From the NCBI GenBank assembly GCA_044229035.1, contig JBGATT010000005.1:4114-68113 (forward strand): a DNA stretch of 64,000 nt, read 5' to 3'. The stretch comes from Gemmatimonadaceae bacterium (GTDB lineage Bacteria; Gemmatimonadota; Gemmatimonadetes; Gemmatimonadales; Gemmatimonadaceae). Both the position numbers and the translations under genes were made by a program. The notes below the pieces were generated by a model. That model was not told where the DNA came from. It was given only the letters and a program-made list of their open reading frames with translations, and did not search any database. The stretch's first letter is position 1. Each line of letters opens with the position of its first letter. This document shows, piece by piece, positions 17,899 through 26,787 of the stretch.

Positions 17899-20568
17899 GT
17901 GTTTCCCAGGACGGCAAGCCGCTGGTCGGTCGAGACCGCCATCTCCGCGACGTATGCGGCGATCTCCGGGCTGTGGATCGCCCTGTCGGACCGAGCCGCC
18001 GAGGCCCTCGTGTCCGACACGGCTCAGCTCACGCGGCTGCAGCAGTGGAAGGGGTGGTTCTTCGTGGCCGCCTCGACCGCGCTCATCTATGTCTTGCTCC
18101 GCCGCCATCGGCTGCGGCACGATGCCGCCGCGCGCCGCCTCGTCGAGTCCGACGCGCAACTCCGGGATGTGGTCGAGCACGCCGCGGATGGCATCCTGGT
18201 CGTCGGTCGGGACGAGCGGCTGATCAGCGCGAATCCCGCGGCCTGCCGCCTGCTCGGCCTGAACGAGGCGGAGCTCATGGCCGGCGGGCGCGATCTCATC
18301 ATCGCACCGGATGACCCGGTGCTCCTCGCAGCGCTCGCCGAGCGCGCGGGTACCGGGCGGTTCGAAGGCGTGCTCCCCTTCCGACGCAAGGACGGGGTGG
18401 TCATCGATGCCGAGACGTCGTCCCGGTCCTTCGTCGCCGCCGACGGGACCGAGCGGATGATCATGATCTTCCGCGACATCACCGAGCGCCGCGCCGCCGA
18501 GCGACGGCTTCGCGAGAGCGAGACGCGCTATCGGACGCTCTTCGATGGCCATCATGTCCCCGCGCTCCTGATCGATCCGGCGACCGGGCGGATCGTCGAT
18601 GCCAACCTGGCTGCCGCGCGCTTCTATGGGTGGACCGTGGATCGGCTGCGAACGATGGACATCGGCGATCTGAACACGCTCTCCACGGAGGAGCTGGAGC
18701 GCGAGATGTCCGCCGCGCAGGCCGAGGAACGGAACTGGTTCCGGTTCGTGCATCGCACGGCGACAGGGGAGCAGCGCCCGGTGGACGTGTACTCCGGCCC
18801 GCTGACGCTCGACGGGCGCGCGCTCCTCTTCTCGGTCGTGCATGACCAGACGTCCCTGCACCGGACGCAGGCCACCCTCGCGCGGATGAACCGGATGTTC
18901 GGCATGCTCTCGGAGACGAATCAGGCGCTGCTCCGCGTCTCCGATCGAGCGTCGCTCCTCCAGCGGGTCTGCGAGCTCGCCGTCGCTCAGGGCATGTTCC
19001 GATTCGCGTGGGTCGGGCTCACGCAGTCGGACTCCTCCGTGACGCTCGTCGCGCGGGCCGGCGACGATGCGGGGTACCTCGAGGGCCTTCGCGTGAGCGC
19101 CTCGGCTGGCTCGCCGGAGGGGCAGGGGGCCACGGGGGTCGCCATTCGGGAGGACCGGCCAGTCGTCCTGAACGACTTCGCGACGGCCTCCCGCGACCAA
19201 CCGTGGGCCCTCGCCGGGCGACGCGCGGGCGTGCAGGCATCGGCCGCCATACCGATCAGGGCGGGGGGGCGGGTGATCGGGGCGCTCAACCTCTACGCGT
19301 CAGAGACGGACTTCTTCGATGCGGAGGTCGTGGCGACCCTCACCGACATGGCGAACGACGTCACGTTCGGGCTCGACCGGCTCGCCGACCTCGCGGAGCG
19401 CGAGCGACTGACGCGAGAGCTCGAGCGCGCGGGGATGCGCTGGAAGTTCGCGCTCGAGGGGGCCGGCCACGGCGTCTGGGAATGGGATTTCCTCACCGAT
19501 GAGATCGTCGTCTCCGCGTCCCTTGCGGCGATGGTGGGACTGACCGTCCACGACGCGCCACGCCATCTCGCCGACTGGCTCCCGCTCGTGCATCCCGATG
19601 ACCTGCCGATGCTCGGGTCCGTCTTCGAGGCCTTCGCGAAGGGCGAGGTGCCGACGTACCGAGCCGAGTACCGCGTGCGGTCGAGCTCGGGCCAGTACCT
19701 CTGGGTGCTCTCGTCGGGATCGGTGCTGGAGCGCGACGCCGATGGCAAGCCGTTGCGCGCGATCGGGACCCAGGTGGACCTGAGCGAGGTCAAGCGTTCG
19801 CAGGCGGCGCGAGCGGAGCTCGAGACGCTCTCGCGCACGCTCGTCGAGCATTCCATCGACTGCATCCTCCTGCTGCGGAAGGAGCGGATCGTCTACGTGA
19901 ATCCGGCGGGGGTGCGGCTGTTGAGCGCGGCGTCCGCGGGGTCGGTCGTCGGGTGCACGGTCTACGACATCTTCCATCCGCACAGCCATGCGCACGTGGA
20001 CGTGCGGCTCGCCCAGCTCGCCTCCGCCCCCGGCGTCACCTCGGCGCCGGTCCGTGACCGCATCGTCACGCGCGCGGCGCGGGTCGTCGACGTCGAGGCG
20101 AGCGCCGTCTCCTACCTGCAGGACGGCGAGCTGGTGAGCCAGATGACCATCCGCGACCTCTCAGGACGCCTGCGTGCGGAGCGTGAGCTCGCGGAGACCA
20201 GTACGCGCCTGCAACTCGCGCTGTCGTCGGCCGGACAGGGCGTGTACGACCTCGACTTCGAGAACGGGACGGTGGTCGTGAGTCCCGAGTATGCGACGAT
20301 GCTCGGCTTCGACCCCGCCACCTTCCGCGAGACGACGGCGGCCTGGCTCGATCGCACGCACCCCGAGGATCGCGCGCGCTGCGAGACGACGCTCAAGGAC
20401 TATCTCGCGGGTCGGATCCCGGAGTACCGGATCCAGTTCCGGCAGCGGACGCAGGATGGTCAATGGAAGTGGATCCTGTCCTTGGGCCGCATCGCGGCGC
20501 GCCGCGCCGACGGCACGCCCACGCGCATGCTCGGGACGCACACGGAGGTCAAGGAGCCGGCACGCTGA
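17899..20568 (+). CDS. Membrane-anchored multi-PAS/GAF sensor with no recognisable output domain
   Basis: Two TM helices, PAS-PAS-GAF-PAS-PAS-PAS (RDITERR, GVWEWD, VHPDD, THPEDR). The protein ends directly after the last PAC motif (MLGTHTEVKEPAR). Confidence 0.8.
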   Translation: MFPRTASRWSVETAISATYAAISGLWIALSDRAAEALVSDTAQLTRLQQWKGWFFVAASTALIYVLLRRHRLRHDAAARRLVESDAQLRDVVEHAADGILVVGRDERLISANPAACRLLGLNEAELMAGGRDLIIAPDDPVLLAALAERAGTGRFEGVLPFRRKDGVVIDAETSSRSFVAADGTERMIMIFRDITERRAAERRLRESETRYRTLFDGHHVPALLIDPATGRIVDANLAAARFYGWTVDRLRTMDIGDLNTLSTEELEREMSAAQAEERNWFRFVHRTATGEQRPVDVYSGPLTLDGRALLFSVVHDQTSLHRTQATLARMNRMFGMLSETNQALLRVSDRASLLQRVCELAVAQGMFRFAWVGLTQSDSSVTLVARAGDDAGYLEGLRVSASAGSPEGQGATGVAIREDRPVVLNDFATASRDQPWALAGRRAGVQASAAIPIRAGGRVIGALNLYASETDFFDAEVVATLTDMANDVTFGLDRLADLAERERLTRELERAGMRWKFALEGAGHGVWEWDFLTDEIVVSASLAAMVGLTVHDAPRHLADWLPLVHPDDLPMLGSVFEAFAKGEVPTYRAEYRVRSSSGQYLWVLSSGSVLERDADGKPLRAIGTQVDLSEVKRSQAARAELETLSRTLVEHSIDCILLLRKERIVYVNPAGVRLLSAASAGSVVGCTVYDIFHPHSHAHVDVRLAQLASAPGVTSAPVRDRIVTRAARVVDVEASAVSYLQDGELVSQMTIRDLSGRLRAERELAETSTRLQLALSSAGQGVYDLDFENGTVVVSPEYATMLGFDPATFRETTAAWLDRTHPEDRARCETTLKDYLAGRIPEYRIQFRQRTQDGQWKWILSLGRIAARRADGTPTRMLGTHTEVKEPAR

Positions 20569-20615
20569 TAGCTTTCGCCCGTGACGCACGCCCACCGCTC
20601 TCCCCGTCGCGCGCC

Positions 20616-22082
20616 GTGACCCGCGCGCTCCGTCTCGCCGGCGGTCTTGCCGCCGCCGCGTTGTTGCTCCTTCTGCCCCTCGCGAGCCCGCCGGCGGATG
20701 CCGTTCTGCCCGCCGTCCCGCCAGGGGCGCGTTCCTTCGTCTGGGGCCAGGATTCGGTCTGGCGGGCGCTCGAGGTGCGATTCGCCGAGGCGCGCTCGAG
20801 AGGATGCGCCGACTCGGCGGCCTCGTGGGCCGCACTCGACGCCATGGAGCGCCGCCTCGCGGGGATCGCGTCGGCCCGGCTCGCCCCGGAGGTGCCCGTG
20901 TTCGACTCCCTCGAGGCGGAGTGGTTCGGGCTCGCGCCGGAGGCCGCGGCCTGCGCGTCGGTCGCGGTGCGCTACGTGGCGGCCCAGGCGCGCCTGCGCG
21001 AGGCGGTGAAGCGGCAGTCCATCGGCTGGGACGTGAACGCGACGCCCGCGCGCGATCGGCTCTACCGCGCGCTCTACGGGGGCCGGGCGGCGGTGGAGGA
21101 GGTCATGCTGCAGCAGGGGGCGGCGGTCCCCACGTTGCTCGCCGGCGGCGACGAACCCTCGGCGACGCCGTCGGCGGTCTCCAACGGCGTGCGCCTGCAC
21201 TCGGGCGACATCCTCGTCTCGCGCGGCGGGTACCCGACGAGCGCGCTCATCGCGCGCGGTAACGACTATCCGGGCAACTTCTCGCACATCGCGCTGGTGC
21301 ACATCGACTCGGCGACGCGCGCCATCACGGTGGTCGAGGCGCACATCGAGCTCGGCGTGGCGATCACGACGGCGGAGGGGTATCTCGCCGACAAGAAGCT
21401 GCGGGTCATGGTCCTGCGGCCCCGCGCCGACCTGCCGGCGATGGTCGCCGACCCGCTCCTGCCGCACAAGGCCGCGACGGCGATGCTCGCGCGCGCGCGC
21501 GCCGGGCACATCCCGTACGACTTCGCGATGGACTACACCGATGCGTCACGGCTCTTCTGTTCGGAGGTCGCGTCGCAGGCGTACCGCGCCGAGGGCCTGC
21601 CGCTGTGGATGGGACTCTCGACCATCTCGCTTCCGGGGCTGCGGCAGTGGCTCGGCTCGTTCGGCGTGCGGCACTTCGCCACGCAGGAGCCCTCGGACCT
21701 GGAGTACGACCCGCAGGTGACGGTGGTCGCGGAGTGGCGCGACGCGACCGCACTGTTCGAGGACCACATCGACAACGCGGTCACCGATGCGATGCTGGAG
21801 GGGGCGGAGCGCGGCGACCGGTTGACGTACCCGTGGTACCAGCTGCCGGTGGCGCGACTGCTCAAGGGATGGAGCTGGCTGGTGCAGCGCACGGGGAGTC
21901 CGGGGACGATCCCGGAGGGGATGTCCCCGGCGGCCGCGCTGCGCAACCGCGGGTACGGGGCACGGCACGATGCGTACGCGTCGGAGGTGCGGACCGCGGC
22001 CGAGGCGTGGCGTGCCGAGCGCGGGTACGCGCCGCCGTACTGGGTGCTGCTCGACCTCGCGCGGGCCGCCGTCGCCAACTGA
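20616..22082 (+). CDS. YiiX/YebB-like permuted papain-like (NlpC/P60) cysteine hydrolase
   Basis: LHSGDILVSRG, FSHIALV (His before Cys), PYDFAMD...LFCSEV; hydrophobic N-terminus. Confidence 0.8.
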   Translation: MTRALRLAGGLAAAALLLLLPLASPPADAVLPAVPPGARSFVWGQDSVWRALEVRFAEARSRGCADSAASWAALDAMERRLAGIASARLAPEVPVFDSLEAEWFGLAPEAAACASVAVRYVAAQARLREAVKRQSIGWDVNATPARDRLYRALYGGRAAVEEVMLQQGAAVPTLLAGGDEPSATPSAVSNGVRLHSGDILVSRGGYPTSALIARGNDYPGNFSHIALVHIDSATRAITVVEAHIELGVAITTAEGYLADKKLRVMVLRPRADLPAMVADPLLPHKAATAMLARARAGHIPYDFAMDYTDASRLFCSEVASQAYRAEGLPLWMGLSTISLPGLRQWLGSFGVRHFATQEPSDLEYDPQVTVVAEWRDATALFEDHIDNAVTDAMLEGAERGDRLTYPWYQLPVARLLKGWSWLVQRTGSPGTIPEGMSPAAALRNRGYGARHDAYASEVRTAAEAWRAERGYAPPYWVLLDLARAAVAN

Positions 22083-22128
22083 TCTCCCGACGGGCCGCGG
22101 TCTCCGATGGTGCGGTCGGGCCAGCGCC

Positions 22129-24063
22129 TCAGGGCTTGGGGAGGTCGATCGACGGGTTCCGCGTGAAGAAGCCGACCGGCCGGATCTCGAAGCTGTGCCG
22201 CGCGACGGGCATGAGCGGCCAGTCCTCCGGACGCGGCACGTGGTGGAAGCCCATCGTCACCCAGGCGACCACGTCGGTGTTCGCGATGGCGCGATCGGCG
22301 GCGGTCCACTTCGCGAGGCCGTCGGGCGCCAGGCTGGCGGTCGGATAGTCGCCGCCCGCATAGAGCTCGCGTCGCGCATACGGCGTCACCCAGAGCATGT
22401 GCTCGGTGAACGCGCCCCGCTTCTGCATGTAGTCGTCCGGCGACAGCAGCGACATGGCACTGTGGCTCTCGATCTGGTAGCCGACGTTGCCGCTGTACGG
22501 ACCCTTCACCGCGGGGTTCACGAACCGCCAGAACTCCGGCGCCGCCATCGTCGACATGCGCATGCCGTCGCGCTCGGTCCGGGCGTCGCTCGATTCGACG
22601 GCCCAGATGCTCCGCCGCGGGTTCTCGGCGGGCAGGCGCTGCGTGCGGACGCGATCGACGACGAGCGTGTTGGCCGGGCCGTCGACGTCGAGGTCGATGC
22701 GGAACGAGAAGAAGTGGCTGTGGTTGATGCCGACACGCCCCGGAGCGATGAGGCGGCCGTACTGCTCGTCCGCGGCGGTGCCGGCGAACCCCTTGGTCGC
22801 GTCCATGCCGGTGGCCGCCGCGTCGACGCGCACGGTGCCGTCCTGCTGGAACACCCAATCGAACAGGTAGTCGTAGTTCCCCGCGGTCATGAACATGCGC
22901 AGCACGAGATCGCGCTTGGGACGCGCCTCTACCACCGTGCCACCCTCACGCCCATGACGCCAGGCGACGTCCCCGGCGCTGCGCTCGAAGAGGCAGGCCG
23001 TGCGGGCGCGGAGGCGCGGGCGTCCGCTCGCGGTCACGATCCACGAATCGAAGTAGGTCGCGAACTCCGGGCACTCGACGCCCCGTTCGAGTGAACTCGC
23101 GATGCCCCCGAACTGCGCCGGGTAGGTGCCGAGGTCGAAGAAGCCCTGGTAGTTCCACGGGTCGTTCGGATCCATGTAGGGCACGAAGAGCTCGGAGAGC
23201 GAGCCCTGATACATGACCGAGCGATCGCGGCCGCCGTCCGCATAGCGGACATTGGAGATCACCAGGCCGCGGCGCATGTCCGTCCGGAACTGGAACTTCC
23301 AGTTCTGCCAGCTCACCTCCTTGCCGGCGAGCTGATACGTCGGGCCGCCGGGCTGGACCATCGTCACCGGATTCGGCGAGGCACGCGTTGGACCGATCGC
23401 CTCCGGATCATAGTCGCCCACCGGGCCGGTGCGCGGCCGCACACCGGTGTCGACGACGCGGAGGACCTTCTCCGCGCCGACGTCGACCACGACCACGAGT
23501 CCCTCGAACACCTCGCCGTACGCGATGCGGCGCTGCTCATCCGTCTCGCAGAGCGCGTGCACGACGCGCTTGCCGCGCTCCTCCGGCAGGTCGAAGTAGC
23601 CGTGGTTCGCCGGATAGCAGCTCACCTGGGCGAAGTCGGTGATGCCCCGCTTGCGGATGGCGTCGCGTACGCGCGGATCGGCCAGGGCGACGCGGTCGAC
23701 GATGCCGCCCTCGGCGTTGTTGGTCATGTACTGCCGACCCGGCACTTCCGTCCACGAGAGGACGCGCTTGGTCGCGAGGTCGACGATGGCCTCGTAGCCG
23801 CGGCCGCCCTGGTAGACATGCGCGAGCGCCTCGCGACGGAACGGCTGTCCCGGCCGCCAGGCGAGGACCTCGGCCTTCTCGGGCTCATGAAGCCCGAGGT
23901 AGAGGTACAGCGTCGTGCTGTCGGTGCGACCTCCCGCTCGCAGGGCGTCGTAGACGGCCCAGTGCTCGCTGCCCGAGAGCCCGTCCAGCGGATGCGTGGG
24001 GGCCTGAGCGCAGAGCGGCAGGGCGATGAGCAGCAGGGCGATCGAGAACAGGGCGCGACGCAT
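22129..24063 (-). CDS. Secreted copper-containing primary amine oxidase (TPQ-dependent)
   Basis: Signal peptide; HPLDGLS; SLSELFVPYMDP; catalytic FFD; TPQ motif GNYDY; Cu ligands HSH and HHVPRPEDWPLMP. Confidence 0.92.
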   Translation of the reverse strand: MRRALFSIALLLIALPLCAQAPTHPLDGLSGSEHWAVYDALRAGGRTDSTTLYLYLGLHEPEKAEVLAWRPGQPFRREALAHVYQGGRGYEAIVDLATKRVLSWTEVPGRQYMTNNAEGGIVDRVALADPRVRDAIRKRGITDFAQVSCYPANHGYFDLPEERGKRVVHALCETDEQRRIAYGEVFEGLVVVVDVGAEKVLRVVDTGVRPRTGPVGDYDPEAIGPTRASPNPVTMVQPGGPTYQLAGKEVSWQNWKFQFRTDMRRGLVISNVRYADGGRDRSVMYQGSLSELFVPYMDPNDPWNYQGFFDLGTYPAQFGGIASSLERGVECPEFATYFDSWIVTASGRPRLRARTACLFERSAGDVAWRHGREGGTVVEARPKRDLVLRMFMTAGNYDYLFDWVFQQDGTVRVDAAATGMDATKGFAGTAADEQYGRLIAPGRVGINHSHFFSFRIDLDVDGPANTLVVDRVRTQRLPAENPRRSIWAVESSDARTERDGMRMSTMAAPEFWRFVNPAVKGPYSGNVGYQIESHSAMSLLSPDDYMQKRGAFTEHMLWVTPYARRELYAGGDYPTASLAPDGLAKWTAADRAIANTDVVAWVTMGFHHVPRPEDWPLMPVARHSFEIRPVGFFTRNPSIDLPKP

Positions 24064-24153
24064 CGGGGGTCCGGGGCGATGGGAAGCGACGCCGGCCGGC
24101 GTCGGACCGGGAAGGTACGGATTCATCAGCGACCCCACCACCGCGTCAGCGGG

Positions 24154-24579
24154 TCACCCGACCTTCGCGCCGGCGCGGAGTTGGGCGATGCGGGCGCGCA
24201 CGAGCTTCTGCACGAGTGCCGTTGACGGCGGAGCCGTCAACGGGAAGCGGACGGTCCCCTTGGAGAAGCCGCATCCCTCGAGTGCCTTCGCGTTGGCCCG
24301 CACGATCGACTCGCCGATGGGATAGAGCGAGACGTGCGCCTTCCATCCGGCGTAGAAGACGAGCGCCTTGCCGTCGAGCCGCAGGCCGGGGATGCCATAG
24401 CTGAAGTGCTCGACCGCGGTCGGGGCGGCGGCGCGGACGGCGGCGCGCAGCTTGCGCACCTCCTTGGCGACCGGCGAGGGCAGCGCCGCGATGTACGCGC
24501 GGATCCTCGCGGCCATTGTGGTCGCATCGTGGTCAGCGACCGCACGGGTGCGCGTGCGCGCGGGGGCGCGGGGAGTCAT
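24154..24579 (-). CDS. DUF1801 (YdhG-like) protein
   Basis: IRAYIAALP...LRAAVRAAAP.AVEHFSYGIP....LVFYAGWKAHVSLYP...SKGTVRFP. Confidence 0.85.
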   Translation of the reverse strand: MTPRAPARTRTRAVADHDATTMAARIRAYIAALPSPVAKEVRKLRAAVRAAAPTAVEHFSYGIPGLRLDGKALVFYAGWKAHVSLYPIGESIVRANAKALEGCGFSKGTVRFPLTAPPSTALVQKLVRARIAQLRAGAKVG

Positions 24580-24582
24580 GGC

Positions 24583-25857
24583 TCAGTCCTCCAGGATTCG
24601 GGAGTGTCGACGCGTATCGGGCATGACCGCGTACACGATGAGCGAGGCGAAGATGATCGCCGTCGCGTACCAGTAGAACCAGCGCTCGTGGCCGGCGCCC
24701 TTGAGCGCCAGCGCGACGTACTCGGCCGTCCCCCCGAAGAGCGAGACGGCGAGGGCGTAGGGCAGGGCGACGCCGAGCGCGCGCACCTCGGTGGGGAAGA
24801 GCTCGGCCTTCACGACCGCGTTGATGCTCGTGTAGCAGGAGACCGCGAGCAGCGCGGCGGTGAGCAGCAGGAACGCCCGCAGCGGCGTCCCGGCCGTCTC
24901 GAGCGCGGTGAGCAGGGGCACCGTGCCGAGCGTCCCGAGCACGCCGAACGTGAGGAGGAGCGGGCGTCGGCCCACCCGGTCCGACAGGGCCCCGAAGAGG
25001 GGCTGCATGCACATGAAGACCACCAGGGTCGCCGCGTTGACTTGCGACGCGGTCGCCTTGGTGAAGCCCGCGGTGTTCACGAGGAACTTCTGCGCGTACG
25101 TCGTGAAGACGTAGAACGCGAGCGCGCCACCCGCCGTGAGTCCGAAGGTCGCGAGCACCGCGCGCGGGTGCTTGAGGAGCTCGCGCATCGGCGACTCCGA
25201 CGGTCGCGCCTGCCGGAAGCTCGGCGTCTCGTCGAGCGCGCGACGGAGCCAGACGGCCACGACCGCCGCCGCGGCGCCGAACACGAACGGGATGCGCCAG
25301 CCCCACGCCTGCAACTGCGCCTCCGTGAGCCATGTCTGCAGCACGAGGAGCACGCCGAGCGCGAGCAATTGGCCGAGGATGAGCGTGACGTACTGGAAGC
25401 TGGAGAAGAAGCCGCGGTGGTCGCGCCCGGCGCGCTCGCTGAGGTAGGTCGCGCTCGCGCCGTACTCGCCTCCGACGCTGATGCCCTGGAGCAGGCGCGC
25501 GAGGACGAGCAGCGCCGGCGCCGCGACGCCGATCCTCGCGTAGGACGGCGTGACGGCGATGAGCAGCGACCCGCCGCACATCAGCATGACGCTCAGGGTG
25601 AGCGCGGCCCGCCGGCCGTGGCGGTCCGCGTAGCGGCCGAGGAGCCAGCCGCCGACCGGGCGCATGAAGAAACCCACCGCGAAAACGGCGGCGGAGTTGA
25701 GCAGTTGCGCGGTGGGGCTGGCGGGCGGAAAGAACGCCGCCGAGAAGTAGAGGGCGAACGCCGAGTAGGTGTACCAGTCGTACCACTCGACGAGATTGCC
25801 GACCGAGCCGCCGAAGATGGCGCGGAGCCGCGCGCGGGCCTCCGCGCCCGTCGTCAT
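24583..25857 (-). CDS. kgtP: MHS-family MFS transporter, alpha-ketoglutarate permease-like
   Basis: GSVGNLVEWYDW, FFMRPVGG, RLLQGISVGGEYG, SSFQYVTL, WGWRIPF, VKAELFPTEVRALGV. Confidence 0.85.
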   Translation of the reverse strand: MTTGAEARARLRAIFGGSVGNLVEWYDWYTYSAFALYFSAAFFPPASPTAQLLNSAAVFAVGFFMRPVGGWLLGRYADRHGRRAALTLSVMLMCGGSLLIAVTPSYARIGVAAPALLVLARLLQGISVGGEYGASATYLSERAGRDHRGFFSSFQYVTLILGQLLALGVLLVLQTWLTEAQLQAWGWRIPFVFGAAAAVVAVWLRRALDETPSFRQARPSESPMRELLKHPRAVLATFGLTAGGALAFYVFTTYAQKFLVNTAGFTKATASQVNAATLVVFMCMQPLFGALSDRVGRRPLLLTFGVLGTLGTVPLLTALETAGTPLRAFLLLTAALLAVSCYTSINAVVKAELFPTEVRALGVALPYALAVSLFGGTAEYVALALKGAGHERWFYWYATAIIFASLIVYAVMPDTRRHSRILED

Positions 25858-25876
25858 CGTGCGGTGGACCAGGGGT

Positions 25877-26632
25877 TCACTTCAGTCTGACCCGATACAT
25901 CGTCGGCCAGTACTTCCCGGTCACCAGGAACTCGCCCGGCACGGGGGACTTGGCGATGCCGTTGAGCACGTCCACTTCGGGCGGCCGGTCGGGGTACAGG
26001 CCTTCGAAGTCATAGGTGCGCACGACCTCGCCGGTCGCCGGGTCGATCCGGACGATCCGGTCGGTCTCGTAGACGTTCGCGAGCAGGGTGCCCTCGTCCC
26101 ACTCCATCTCGTTGATCCGCGAGAGTGGACGTCCGTTCAGCCGGACCTTCACCGCACGGCGCGTGGCGAAGGTCGCCGGGTCGAGCAGTCGGAGCGAGTC
26201 GGAACCGTCGCTCATCCAGAGGCCGGTGCCGTCGGTCGCGAGCCCCCAGCCCTCGCCCGCGTACCGGAACGAATCGAGGGGGGCGAGCGTCGCCGCGTCG
26301 TACACGTAGGCGATCTGCTCCTTCCAGGTGAGCTGGTAGAGCTTGCCTCCCAGCAGGGCCAGCCCCTCCGCGAACTTGTCGCTTGTCAGGGCGGTCCGGG
26401 CTTCCACCGCGCCGGTCTCGAGGGTGACCCGACGGAGATCGGAGTTCGCGTAGCGGCCGACACTCTCATACAGGATGCCGTCCGACCAGACGAGCCCCTG
26501 CGTGTAGGACGACCGGTCGTGCGGGTATCGGGCCGTGACCTCGTAGTCGGCTGGCGGCGGGGGTTCGCCAGGGCAGCCGAGGATGGTGACGGCAAGGAGG
26601 AGGGGCAGGGAGCGAAGGGCGGGCGCGCGCAT
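25877..26632 (-). CDS. Glutaminyl-peptide cyclotransferase (beta-propeller type)
   Basis: YPHD..SYTQGL, FAEGL, YQLTWKE, GEGWGL, SDGSD, INEMEW, ANVY, DVLNGIA, TGKYWP. Confidence 0.9.
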   Translation of the reverse strand: MRAPALRSLPLLLAVTILGCPGEPPPPADYEVTARYPHDRSSYTQGLVWSDGILYESVGRYANSDLRRVTLETGAVEARTALTSDKFAEGLALLGGKLYQLTWKEQIAYVYDAATLAPLDSFRYAGEGWGLATDGTGLWMSDGSDSLRLLDPATFATRRAVKVRLNGRPLSRINEMEWDEGTLLANVYETDRIVRIDPATGEVVRTYDFEGLYPDRPPEVDVLNGIAKSPVPGEFLVTGKYWPTMYRVRLK

Positions 26633-26787
26633 CCGGGGATTGTGGCCGAGCCGCGAGCGCACGGCAAGCCTGCGGGTGATTCCCTGTCCCGTTGTCGGTC
26701 GCTTCCCGATGGCGGGATACGCCGGTCGGGGCGACGTTTCAGTCGTGTTCGCCGGTCCCCGGGACCTTCGGGAGCGGAGCCCATCGC

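Noticed and set aside
17704-19200. N-terminal 500-aa extension making the GH-barrel ORF 1555 aa
   Set aside because: It overlaps the PAS sensor on the other strand and crosses the operator and promoter. The RBS and signal peptide place the start at 17703.
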